Assembly (NCBI GenBank): GCA_964016885.1
Contig: OZ024743.1
Span: 94,426,001 to 94,490,000 of the forward strand
Direction: 5' to 3'
Source of the DNA: Eledone cirrhosa
Lineage: Eukaryota
Length of the DNA: 64,000 nt
The notes beneath the pieces are model-generated. The model was not told the origin of the DNA. It saw nothing but the letters and a program-made list of their open reading frames with translations, and made no database searches. The position numbers and the translations under genes were made by a program. Positions 50,908 to 64,000 of this stretch are shown one piece after another; the first letter of the stretch is position 1, and every line of letters starts with the position of its first letter.

Positions 50908-52705
50908 CATCTGCGCGCGTTGTGTGTGTGTGTGGAGTCTTACACGCGTAATTGAATGAGTTGAAAAACTTCAATAAATTGACAGTATCCTTGCAATTAG
51001 GAATCGAAGCCTCCCACCTTGTATTTGCTGTAAAAAATAAAAAATAAAATAACACACCAATCAAGGGAGATGACTCCGAAAATATCTAAATGTATGGAAA
51101 ATAAAATTTTGCTTTTAGAAGTGAATTTAGACTTTAAATTCAACTGATGAATTCAATATGCACGTTTTGATCTGATTCGATCTCATCAACGAAGTATATA
51201 TACCTTCGTTTTCTAGGGTTTCAAGTGATCAATCATATAATATAGAGTAATTCCCGTGAAGATTCAATATTATACAATGTGGAACAACGTTGGGGCCTTT
51301 GACAAGTACAGTTCATCCGACGGGCTTGGAAACAGTTTCCGTCTACCCAGATTCACTTAGAAGTCTTGGGCCGTGACACATCTATGGTACATGACACCCA
51401 ATGTGTGGCGCACTAGTATCGAACCCGAGTGGTAATGCTGCCTCCGCCAGTCAAGAATGGGTAGAGGGAAAATAGAATAGAGAAAATAGCAGAAAATGTA
51501 GAAAGAGTAGCTAAATGTTATATTGTTAACAATTACCTCCCTTTACCTCTGGGATTGACTTTGACAGTACCAGTGATGTATTCGTGTCGATTTTTTGTGG
51601 CTCTACTCTATCCAAAATATATGTAACTTTCTGTCAATCTTATACATTCCACTCTATATCTACTCTCATCTAACAACTCAACCTCCTCCTCTTTCCCCTC
51701 TTCGTCGTCGTCGTTCCCTCCTCCTCATCATCATTATCATCATCCTCATCATCATCATCAACTTGATACTTCTTTATGATGTTGATTTGTCTCCACTAGG
51801 CATAAGGCTGTATATCAAGGCAGGCCGTACAATCGATCCCAGTTCATAGTTTAGCCATTACGGAAATAGGAAATAAGATATAGAAAATAAACTTCATTAC
51901 ATTTAAACACATTAAATACTTCAACGTTTTAATCCGGTGCATTAAAGTTTTATTCAGATTATCACCTTCATTGTATAACAGGGTTTCTCAAACTTTGTAC
52001 TTGAGACGTGGCATAGTCGCGGAACTCGCGAGAGTGGACCCGTAGTGTGATACGGCGTTTCTATGGCATTTTAAAACCTGACGGAGCCCATCTCCTCTCC
52101 AGGTCTGAATACAGCTGATTTTTTTCGGAGAACGATAGAGTGAGAGGATGGCAGTCAAAAAGAGATATGGAAGAAGAATCGACCCCAGTACTACACTGGT
52201 GCTTTTGTATCGACACGGAATGGATAAAAGGCCAAGTTGACCTCGGTGATATTTGAACACAGAAAGCAGAGAGCCGAAACGAACACCACAAAGCATTCTA
52301 TTCGACGTTCTAATGATTCTAATTAACCCCCTTTTGCACTTGAAAAACCCTTTTTAAATTCTGTCCCTAAACAAATCAACAATTCATTTAAATATCTTGT
52401 TTGTTTTGAACGGGTTATTCATGAACGATATAGCACACGTGTTCAGTGTTCATCACACCTAATACCGCACTGTGCTAGGTGTCGATATCTAGCAGCTAGT
52501 CTACATAATCATCGTTTTGCTTTTTGTTTCTCCTGTTATAAAGGATTAAATATGATAAACGATTAAATCCCTGAGTTTTTCATTCACTCCTGACAAATTT
52601 TCTCCGTAATATATTCCGTTGATCCAGGTTGTCCTGCTTAACAATTGTACGTTAAAGGGCATTTAGGTTTCAAAAGAAGTCAATTATTATCGCCTTCAAT
52701 TAATT

Positions 52706-52792
<87 letters not shown>

Positions 52793-52974
52793 AATATATT
52801 ACACAGAGAGAAGTGTGTTACACAGTGAGAAGTGTGTAAAAAATTATTACATGTGAGTTTAACCGTTACTGTATGGAGAACAATACCTTCAGGTTAGCAA
52901 TTAAATAGAAAAAAACTAAGTCAGAATCAAATCTCTGAAGTAGAGTTTTAAATTACTAACCTTATAACTATAAG

Positions 52975-53050
52975 CTTGCTGATACGAATTTAGTTCGTTT
53001 CACCACAGAAATGTGTGGTGTAACAGCCCATAGGATCCTCAGTCAGCAAG
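52975..53050 (-). ncRNA. Hammerhead with 16-nt insertion between A9 and stem II
   Basis: Minus: CTTGCTGA CTGAGGA [TCCTATGGGCTGTTAC] ACCACA catttc TGTGGT GAAA CGAA ctaaa TTCG TA TCAGCAAG; 8-bp stem I. Confidence 0.75.
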
Positions 53051-53127
53051 TATGGGTGCTGTTCACGACACATCTAGCCTAATGGATAGAGAGAAAGCTA
53101 TTAAACAACCTGCCCAGAGTAGGGCGA

Positions 53128-53154
<27 letters not shown>

Positions 53155-53158
<4 letters not shown>

Positions 53159-55548
53159 TAATAAAAACAATGAAATAAAAACAAATAACAAGTTCTTTAT
53201 ATTAAAAAAATCATCATCTTACGATCGTTTCTAGGATGTATGTGTGTTGGTATGTATATCATATAGATCTATGTAAAAATATTACAAATTATCAGAGGAA
53301 ATATACATACCTTCACATATACATGCTGTCTTCAGAAATGATGAGATTTGTTTATTGAAAAAAACCAACAAAGATTTAATATAAAAGGTCTGTTTGGGAA
53401 CAGGTTTTGAATTGACCAATAGAAAAGTAGTTAGAGGTCAAGTTGATAGAATAGTAGTAGTAGAAATTTAATTTAGGGGTAGAGGAGTGCAGACTTATGT
53501 TTTGAATGAAAAGAATACTTTGAAAGAAAAGAATACTTTGGGGATGAAAAGAGGTCAAGCCAATGAAGGATGCACGAAAATTTGATGTTATTAAAGAATA
53601 ATGTTAAAAACCAAGGAAAATAAAATTTTAGGGTAAGGGTATTAGTGAGAAATACCAATCTTATTTAAACCACAAGGAATCTAGATCTATAACAAGAAAT
53701 TATATTAATTGATAGGTATACTTATAGGGATAAATTCATATTAATTCATATGAATGTGATAAATAAGAATTAGATGTTATAAACGTAGGGAAGTAACATT
53801 TTGGGATAAGGATAGTAGTGAGAAATACCAATCTTATATAGACTACAAGGAATCTAGATTCATAACAGGAAATTAAATTAATTTATATGTATATTTTAGG
53901 TATTAATTTTAGGAAAAGAGAGCTGTAAGAGGGAAATAAAATTATGAAGTTCTCTGTAGTAAAGTACTAATTATAGGTTAACTAAATTAAAAAAACTAAT
54001 TATGATAATATGTAAAATATAAGTGTAAGGTGTATATTAATTAGGTTTATAATATTTGAAGGTTCTTCTAATTCTATGATTGCAAGATATAATTAATTCC
54101 TGTCGCTTATTTAATAGGATATCCTTAGATGTCATTATTTCAAAAAGTTCCTGGGAGCATAACCTACACTCCTATCTGTTATTTTGATAAGGGGGTGGTC
54201 CTTTTGAGGACACTCCAGGTCAGGTTGTAATCGATATTCTTCTTTCTATAATTATTAATTGTTTCAGCCAAGGATGTTGTATTAGCTAATGCGGCATTTT
54301 AAAAACTATGTTTGTTGGTATTAAATCTTATTTTAAATTGGTTAGACGTAGCTCCTATCTATATATGAATAAGTGGAGTCCTTAGTGCTAATTTTACATT
54401 TATAGACTATGTTATTAATAAGACAATTTCCCTTTAATGGGCAATTTCTTTTGATTCTACAGTTACAACCATTCGTGAATATTATATCAGGGGAGTTAGT
54501 CAAATTTGGTGTGGAATTTACTCGACTTGTTATAGGTGAAGGAGATGGTGGTTTGTTGCGGTTTATTTTAGTATTATGGTTGGTTTGATGTGTTGGTGGT
54601 ATATTTGTGTTTTTATTTACATTTATATGCGTTGTACGCAATTATATTTTATTGTATATTTTTGGTAGTGGAGTAGGAAAATTTGACAGTTGATCTATTT
54701 AAAATTTGATGGTATTTATCGTTTGGCGGGAAGTTTTTCTCTAGGATAGTAAAAAAATTTTAGGGATATTATCTTTAATTTGTAGATTAAATGGAGCATT
54801 ATACCAAGTAACCCGTCTAATACGGTTTCGATATTGTTTTTTATATTTATACGATGTATCAGGATGTTTACTAAGAGAGTTAGTATTAGTGAATTTATTA
54901 TATATAAGTTTAGTTAGATTAACTGATTTAGGTGTTTTAGTCTGATTACTAGGAATTTTGTTAGTAACGTTGTTAACATATATTGGAGTATTAGGATTAA
55001 TGGTTTTTTGAAAGTCATTATATTTTATGTGAGAAGAGGTAGAGAAATTAAGTTTTAGGTTGGTAATTTTGGGTGTAGTATGAGTGGCCTTTAGGTGTGG
55101 GTTTTTCATTTGGTGTTTGTTGGTAATATTGGGTTGTATGTTTGAAATATTATTGGTACAAGGTATATAGACAAATTTGTTTTTGTGGCCGCTTCTAGCT
55201 AAAGCTTCGTTATAAAAGGGCGCGTTTTTATCGAATACATCATGGTTAGATGAAAGGTTAGAGATTCTGAGTGAGATATTATATGCTAGGTTTTTAAGGA
55301 TAGATCTAGGGTGATTGGATTGTGAGTGTATGTAATGTAAGTTTTGGTTAGGTTTATGGTAAGGTTGGTAGATACCCGTAGATAAGTCTAAAGTTATATC
55401 TAGGAAATTGACTATTTTACTGGTGTTTTCAAATGTAATAGTGAGATTGTAATAGTCTTTGAGGAAAGTTCTAAGTTTATTATTTTTTTCAATTTGAGGC
55501 TAAGTTTAGTGGAAAGAAGAAGACAATCATCACGATATAAACCACCTT
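53155..55548 (-). mobile_element. Degenerate 5'-truncated Penelope-like element of a second lineage, between (TA)n tracts
   Basis: Minus: GLYRDD near 55530, VNFLDITLDL...YHKPN...SNHP, RRVTWYNAPF, CNCRIKRNCPLKGNCL..NIVYKC (GIY-YIG-like start). Confidence 0.8.
53211..53344 (-). ncRNA. Type-I hammerhead at the 3' end of the PLE, long stem II
   Basis: Minus: TCATCATTT CTGAAGA ...97 nt... GAAA CGATCG TA AGATGATGA; 9-bp stem I, palindromic stem III. Confidence 0.75.
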
Positions 55549-55576
55549 ATATATATATATATTTAATATAGAAAAG

Positions 55577-55625
55577 GCTTCTACAGGACTAGAACTGTTT
55601 CATTCGCGAGAAATCATCAGGAAGC
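55577..55625 (-). ncRNA. Compact type-I hammerhead
   Basis: Minus: GCTTC CTGATGA tTTC tcgc GAAt GAAA CAG ttctagtc CTG TA GAAGC. Confidence 0.75.
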
Positions 55626-55688
55626 TCTGCTTTGTATTGAGTACCCTATTTTCTGTGGTTACCCCCGATTGAACCCGGGATAAACTTC

Positions 55689-55798
<110 letters not shown>

Positions 55799-55869
55799 GC
55801 ACACACACCAGGAGACAAAAGAAGAATTATATTTTTTTCAAAATCAACCATTACTCTAAAAATAGATCT

Positions 55870-56999
55870 TTGACTGACCGACGGTCAAAAATATTACAGA
55901 TACAATATAGACATAAACACATATATATAGTTTACATAATTTACATAAATCTTTCGTTGCACATCTGCAACATCGTCAGTGGTGTTATATTTTTTTTCCT
56001 CCTGTTGTGTTGTATGTCTACGCCATTTTTTATTCAGTCTGTCTATATATTTATTTATTTATTTGCTTGTTTGTTTATTTTATTTTGTCTTCTTTGCGCA
56101 TGCGTTTGCGTGTGTGTATAGTGTTATGTTTGCTGTGTGACTAGTGTGTATAGTGTTGTGTCTGCTGGGTGACTAGTGTGTTTTTATGTGCTTGTTGTTA
56201 TTGTGCTTGTGTATGTATTTATTTATCTTATTTTATTTTATTTTATTATATATTTATTTTATTATATATTTATTTTATTATATATATATGAAAACAGGGA
56301 GAGAAAGACGATTATTAGGAAGAAAAATATATTTTTTTCCCTTTTTATTTCTTTCCCTCTTTTTTCTGGGTTAGAAAATGATTAAACCGAAATATTTCAC
56401 TTTGTGTGAAGTGTTAAGGTATTAGTTGATTTATTTATTAATTAACAATGGCATTTATTTATTTATTTATATATTGAATAATTGTCTATTACCGGTTTCA
56501 GCATTTGTATGCATTATCAAATAATAATAATAATATGTATTGGTGTAGAACGGTGGTGTTGGACATGTTAAAGAAATGGTGCAGAAAGAATAATGTTATT
56601 TACAAACAAGGTTTATGAAGTGAAAAGAAAAAGAAAAAAAGAATAAAATGGGCGTAATGTGGAGCATAATAAGTCAATGTGGAAGAAAAAATAATATTAT
56701 TTACAGGCATAGTTCTTGAAGATAAGCAGATCAAAATGTGTTAATATAGCAAAAGTGCTTAGTTGATCCATGATGGAGGCAAATAGTGGACTGGGGTTTG
56801 ATATGATTTCCCTTTTTAGAGAGTTAATATGCAGGGGGAAGTAATTCATGCTGGATGATATTTAATTTATTTAAGAAAAAGGATTAGGTAGGGTGTAAGG
56901 GTGATAACTCTTTAGAGAGACATAGGCATTTGTAAATGTTTGATTGTTCGTTCCAGTTTTAGTTTAGTCCAAAGTTTAGTGCATTAAGTAGAGGTTGGA
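55870..56999 (-). mobile_element. PLE family-A terminus (hammerhead-like core 55943-55983) plus AT-rich body, cut off by the 57000 duplication breakpoint
   Basis: 55870-56045 matches about 2584-2743. Confidence 0.55.
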
Positions 57000-58814
57000 A
57001 TAAATTATGAGACATTGTAAAATATGTGGTTATGGCTATTTTGGAAAAGCGGGTACAATGCAAGTTAGAAATACAAGAGGGAAACTAGAGTAGAGTAAGA
57101 AAAACAAAACAACAACAGTTTATTCGTTTACTTTGTTCTTCATCCACTTTCGAGGTTTTACTTCTTTTCAAAAGAAAAGAAATGGCGTTTGGAGTTGACA
57201 ACGAGCGGTGCTTTTCTTGCGAACAGTGTAGTTAATATGTAACATTGTGAGAAATGTGCTTAGTGTTGTTTGGGGAAAACCAGTACAATGCATCTTTATA
57301 AAATTAAGGTTAATGAAACAAAAAAACAGTTTACACATTTACTTTGTATCTCGTGATATTTCCAAATTAGGACCTCTTTTGAAAATGAAACAAAATGAAG
57401 CGCAATGTTGAAGACGAGGGAACACTCGATTTCTTTCCTTTTGAAAAAGAAATCTAAATTACGAAATAGCACAAAATATAAGGTGGCGAATCAACAGATG
57501 TTAGAAGGTTGGGTATTGTGTTATGAACTGTTTATTCCGGCTCTCTGCTCTCTAAGTTCAAATCCCGTCGAGGTAAATTTTGTCATTCATCTTTCAAGAT
57601 CAATAAAGAAAGTACAGTTTAGTATTGGGTTCGATTCCTCTTCTTTATCCCTTTCTCACTCCTTCTCTTTATCACTCTCTATCCTTCTCTGGAAGAAATC
57701 TGCTGTTGACCTGGAGAGGAGATAATCTCTGTCAGGTTTAGAAATGCCTCAAGAAACGCCGTCAATATGGTGTCCCTACCAGTTCATCAGGAGTTACGGG
57801 TCCATACCATAAGGTGGACGTGTAAACTGTTGTCTTATTTTGTTTGTCTTACTTTCTATTCCTTCCCTCATTGCCACTCACATCAATAGATTCTTTTTAA
57901 AGAGGATTATAAACGTTTGTCGCTGCAAAAGAACAACGAAATATGTTTATCATTCGGCTTATCATTTCATATTTATTAAACCTTAAAAGTCAAGGTGCTG
58001 AATCTGGTTTTCTTGAAAGGAAAATAAATGGTTGAGATTTAGATAAGGGCTTCTGTGAAAAAACAAAACAAAACAAGCAAAACAAAAAAAAAAAAACAAA
58101 ACAAAAAAAAAACGGTGAAAGTTTATATAGAATGGGAGACAGAGAAAACCCCAACCCTAACCCTACCAGACACAACCCCGTCTACAAAAACCTCATGATG
58201 TAATTCCTACTGGACAAAACCCTCTGGGATAACATCTATACTCCTTCTGGACAAAAACTCGTTGCTGCTGCTGCTGTTGGTGTTGTTGATAGTGGTGATG
58301 ATGGCGATGGTGGCGAAAGCAGTATTATTCTTATTGTTGTAGTTGTCGTTGCTGATTGTGGTGTCGTTTGTTTAAACATTGTTGTAAATAATGCTATTTT
58401 CTGTCAGAATATCATTATTTATTTTGTCTTTTTAAATTCTTTTCTCACGAAATAATTATCATCTGCTGAGAAATTAATTTGTTTTATTGTTATTTTCCCT
58501 GCCTGTAAAAACGTGTTTGGTTCAATTTATTTGCAGTGGTTTTATAGAAAGGCGGAAGTTTCTGTTTCTTTTTACGTCATATTTTGTTATCTTATAAGTG
58601 AAATAAGGAAACCTTTGGAAAACAGAGGTCTTAACCCTTCAAATGAAGGGAAACAACGCAAGCAATGGAATTCCTAACTCTTTTTCTAGGGGTTTAACTT
58701 TAAACAATGATCTCCACTTACATTTATTTGGTAAACAAAAAAAAATAAAATATAATAAAACGCAATATTAACAAAGCCAGGCCGTCTCAAGCACAACAAA
58801 AACAACAGCAACAA

Positions 58815-58875
<61 letters not shown>

Positions 58876-61493
58876 GGTTTCATTTATTGGCTACGAGGGC
58901 CGACATATAGGGGACGATACAATAGACAGGGACAGTGGGGCTTTACATATATAACGTGTAAAAATATAAATAACAATAACAAAATATCAAGAACAATACA
59001 ACAAGGAAAAATTCCCCAATAGGGGGGATAACCACCCAGGGTTGACTCAGGTACCCCACCAATCCTGAACCACCTGACGCCTCGAAGGCACCCGGGAAAG
59101 GCACCCCCTCTCCTCCTCAAATTAACCAGCCAACAGGCACATGGTCAGAATAGGCTCACTCACATGGGCCATTCTCACCTTTTAACCATATGTACTGTGG
59201 GGCAGCACTTCTCTCCCCACCCTCAACTTCCTTTCCAGGTGAAACTTGAAGAAGTTGATGAGGGATTGGCCGCAGAGAAAAGTGTCTGTCTTCAGTCATT
59301 TCAACCTTGTCCACCATACAAACCTCTTTCGCAACTGCCACCAGGCAGAGGAAACTTCAATCAGTTGAGTTCCCAATCATTCCATATAAAACATTATTAA
59401 GACACCGATAATTATTGGAAAAATGCAAAACAGCGAAAGTTCACATAAAAATGGCGACAATTCATTAATTGATAAGTAGAAGAACTGTGATCTTTATATC
59501 AAAGACAATATCTATACAATCCTCAACCTCATTTCGACATAAAATCGTAAGTTCAAACTTATTGCAGGCATTCAACAAGCGAACACAATTTTATTAAAGA
59601 ATTTTCTGGCGTGGTACTTAATACTCCAGGATAAATTATGAGATATTGTAAAATATGTGGTTATGGCTATTTTGGAAAAGCGGGTACAATGCAAGTTAGA
59701 AATACAAGAGGGAAACTAGAGTAGAGTAAGAAAAACAAAACAACAACAGTTTATTCGTTTACTTTGTTCTTCATCCACTTTCGAGGTTTTACTTCTTTTC
59801 AAAAGAAAAGAAATGGCGTTTGGAGTTGACAACGAGCGGTGCTTTTCTTGCGAACAGTGTAGTTAATATGTAACATTGTGAGAAATGTGCTTAGTGTTGT
59901 TTGGGGAAAACCAGTACAATGCATCTTTATAAAATTAAGGTTAATGAAACAAAAAAACAGTTTACACATTTACTTTGTATCTCGTATCACGAGACACAAA
60001 GTAAATGTGTAAACTGTTTTTTTGTTTTCAAATTAGGACCTCTTTTGAAAATGAAACAAAATGAAGCGCAATGTTGAAGACGAGGGAACACTCGATTTCT
60101 TTCCTTTTGAAAAAGAAATCTAAATTACGAAATAGCACAAAATATAAGGTGGCGAATCAACAGATGTTAGAAGGTTGGGTATTGTGTTATGAACTGTTTA
60201 TTCCGGCTCTCTGCTCTCTAAGTTCAAATCCCGTCGAGGTAAATTTTGTCATTCATCTTTCAAGATCAATAAAGAAAGTACAGTTTAGTATTGGGTTCGA
60301 TTCCTCTTCTTTATCCCTTTCTCACTCCTTCTCTTTATCACTCTCTATCCTTCTCTGGAAGAAATCTGCTGTTGACCTGGAGAGGAGATAATCTCTGTCA
60401 GGTTTAGAAATGCCTCAAGAAACGCCGTCAATATGGTGTCCCTACCAGTTCATCAGGAGTTACGGGTCCATACCATAAGGTGGACGTGTAAACTGTTGTC
60501 TTATTTTGTTTGTCTTACTTTCTATTCCTTCCCTCATTGCCACTCACATCAATAGATTCTTTTTAAAGAGGATTATAAACGTTTGTCGCTGCAAAAGAAC
60601 AACGAAATATGTTTATCATTCGGCTTATCATTTCATATTTATTAAACCTTAAAAGTCAAGGTGCTGAATCTGGTTTTCTTGAAAGGAAAATAAATGGTTG
60701 AGATTTAGATAAGGGCTTCTGTGAAAAAACAAAACAAAACAAGCAAAACAACAAAAAAAAAAAAACAAAAAAAAAAACGTTGAAAGTTTATATAGAATGG
60801 GAGACAGAGAAAACCCCAACCCTAACCCTACCAGACACAACCCCGTCTACAAAAACCTCATGAAGTAATTCCTACTGGACAAAACCCTCTGGGATAACAT
60901 CTATACTCCTTCTGGACAAAAACTCGTTGCTGATGCTGCTGTTGGTGTTGTTGATAGTGGTGATGATGGCGATGGTGGCGAAAGCAGTATTATTCTTATT
61001 GTTGTAGTTGTCGTTGGTGATGGTGGTGGTGGTGGTGGTGGTGTCGTTTGTTTAAACATTGTTGTAAATAATGCTATTTTCTGTCAGAATATCATTATTT
61101 ATTTTGTCTTTTTAAATTCTTTTCTCACGAAATAATTATCATCTGCTGAGAAATTAATTTGTTTTATTGTTATTTTCCCTGCCTGTAAAAACGTGTTTGG
61201 TTCAATTTATTTGCAGTGGTTTTATAGAAAGGCGGAAGTTTCTGTTTCTTTTTACGTCATATTTTGTTATCTTATAAGTGAAATAAGGAAACCTTTCGAA
61301 AACGGACGTCTTACTCCTTCAAATGAAGGGAAACAACGCAAGCAATGGAATTCCTAACTCTTTTTCTAGGGGTTTAACTTTAAACAATGATCTCCACTTA
61401 CATTTATTTGGTAAACAAAAAAAATAAAATATAATAAAACGCAATATTAACAAAGACAGGCCGTCTCAAGCACAACAAAAACAACAGCAACAA

Positions 61494-61557
<64 letters not shown>

Positions 61558-64000
61558 GGTTTCATTTATTGGCTACGAGGGCCGACATATAGGGGAGGAT
61601 ACAATAGACAGGGACAGTGGGGCTTTACATATATAACGTGTGAAAATATAAATAACAATAACAAAATATCAAGAAAAATACAACAATGAAAAATTCCCCA
61701 ATAGGGGGGATAACCACCCAGGGTTGACTCAGGTACCCCACCAATCCTGAACCACCCGACGCCTTGAAGGCACCCGGGAAAGGCACCCCCTCTCCTCCTC
61801 AAATTAACCAGCCAACAGGCACATGGTCAGAATAGGCTCACTCACATGGGCCATTCTCACCTTTTAACCATATGTACTGTGGGGCAGCACTTCTCTCCCC
61901 ACCCTCAACTTCCTTTCCAGGTGAAACTTGAAGAAGTTGATGAGGGATTGGCCGCAGAGAAAAGTGTCTGTCTTCAGTCATTTCAACCTTGTCCACCATA
62001 CAACCTCTTTCGCAACTGCCACCAGGCAAAGGAAACTTGCATGTCCTTTATAGTAATGGTTTAATTTATTGCCATAAGTGCCGACGTATATGGGACAATA
62101 CAATAGACGGGGACAGTGGGGTTCCATATAATATAATAATAATTGTTTCTACTTTAGGCAAAAGGCCAGTAATTTCAGGGAAGGGATAAGCCGACTATGT
62201 CAATCCCAGTGTGTTACTGGTACTTTATTTCATCGCAGTAGGTTGAAACATTACTACAGTTTTATCGAGGCTAATAGTTAATCGATCACTAATAATAATA
62301 ATTGATGATAATAATTTTTTATTTATTGGCCACAATGCCGAAATATGTAAGACAATACAAAAAACAAAGACAGTGGGGAATTACAAAAAAAAAAAAAAAA
62401 TGAAAAAATTTAAACCATGTAAACAAATAAAACAGATGTCAATAAATATTGAATAACAATAAAAATTCCTCAATAGGGGGAGCACACCCCAGGGCTAACA
62501 AGAATGTTTGTGAAATACAACTTGTACCTTAGGTAGGAGTGATGAAGCTACGATATGATGTGTATTGCACAAACGTTCTCACTTTTTAGAACATTTTATT
62601 TCTCCTCTAAAAAGAGACAACGTACAATTATATCTATATATCAATATCTGTATATAGATATTGATTATGTGAATTGTTTCATAACATTTCAAATAATTGG
62701 ATGTATAACTTCCTTGAAACACGTGGAAGGAAATAAATATGATTTAAAAGATAAAATAAGTTGTTTTCATCAATAAGCTTGTATTTATGTATTTATGTGC
62801 GCTGTATTTATGTCTACATCTCCAAATCTTTCTCTCTGAAAGTTTCTTTCTTTCAAACCTATATAACATATAAACAAATCAAGGTAATTTTGAAAAGACA
62901 TGGCAATTATATATTATATATAATTCTCTAAGGTCCTTTGAGCATTGTATATATAGTTTTATTTTGCTAATATAATATAATATAATATAATATTTTATAT
63001 ATATATATATATTGTTTAGCTCTGGTTTTTTAACTATTGGAGCGCTTGCCAGCATTTTTACGATTTTGCGTTTCGTTTCGCTTTTTCTACCAGCCGAAAT
63101 ACGATTCTCGCTGAATTATATTTGTATTAATCTCCCGAGTCTTACAAATAACCTGTTAATAATTATATTGACAGATTAATTGCATAAGCTTTTTTTAAAA
63201 ACTACCCGGTTGAGTGCTTATTCGATTTGTGCTATCTATGCAATTTTTTGTATGATATACACATACTGAATTCCTTTGCCCAAATCTGGGGAATTTTCCC
63301 CTTGTGACTTACGCATGTGCCTTTACTATGCTCTGCGTCACTCGCAAAGTTGGTTACAGAGCAAAATTACCTGTTGATAACGTGATATTCCTTGTTCGAT
63401 CTTTATGCTGAAAGCTTATAGTTTTAAGCAGAATAGTATTATTGATTTAGGTGTCATAGAAACCCTGCATTTGGATTTTACCACCAGTTTCATTTGGGTC
63501 CAGGTTTTTATCATTTATTTTGTTTGACCTGTTTAGCTTGTTTTTTGGCTTCGGTGGTTAATGCCTTCTTAACCACTTTTTCAGTTTGTATGGCGTTTTA
63601 ACATATTGTTTAGCTCTAGTTTTTTAACTATTGAGTGCTTGCCAGCATTTCTACGATTTTGCGTTTCGTTTCGCTTTTTCTACCATCCGAAATACGATTC
63701 TCGCTGAATTATATTTGTATATATATATATATATTGTTATACTGGGGGTGGGGGGTCATATTGTTGTAATAATATTGCCAGAAATAATAACAGAACACAC
63801 TCACTGTTTGGTTGGTTTTCGCTTCTGTATCTTTTATATTTCCATAGTTAATTTATTTGGTCCTCAATGTTTATCACTGACTGACCAGCGGTCAAAAATA
63901 CATATATATATATATAGTCTAACAACGTTCTTTCGTTGCACATTTGCAACATCATCAGTGGTACTATTATCATGTTTACCCTGCTGTATTGTATGTATTG
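57000..64000 (+). repeat. Direct duplication of 28221-35161, continuing beyond the window end
   Basis: Collinear near-identity including both 2.6-kb units, the 33.2-34.9 kb segment and the left arm of the 34.9-kb palindrome; offset about 28.8 kb. Confidence 0.95.

Noticed and set aside
51140-51200. CTGATGA at about 51144
   Set aside because: No downstream GAAA or stems; likely chance.

Overview
This is AT-rich, microsatellite-dense eukaryotic DNA. The SINE family and the gene type suggest a mollusc, probably an octopus; this is an inference. I found one intact protein-coding gene: a 4-coding-exon secreted tyrosinase (type-3 copper protein) at 38146-42687 (+), about 729 aa, with all six Cu-binding His, a Thr-rich linker and a C-terminal CBM14/peritrophin-A-like chitin-binding module. 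The rest is repeats. These include a ~9.36-kb tandem segmental triplication carrying a dead RTE-type LINE with a PHD-like finger inside its RT, 2.6-kb tandem units, a >=7-kb duplication of the region upstream of the tyrosinase, tRNA-type SINEs, MITEs, minisatellites, an RTE LINE with a 5' inversion, and two truncated Penelope-like elements (PLEs). The main hidden signal is about 21 type-I hammerhead ribozyme motifs, intact to degenerate, from roughly 10 sequence families, nearly all in small inserts next to (TA)n tracts. The best case is a 591-bp head-to-tail repeat (1051-2345) with one minus-strand hammerhead per unit and a compensatory U3-A8 core, a candidate retrozyme or circular-RNA-producing element. 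All RNA folds were read by eye and were not computed.
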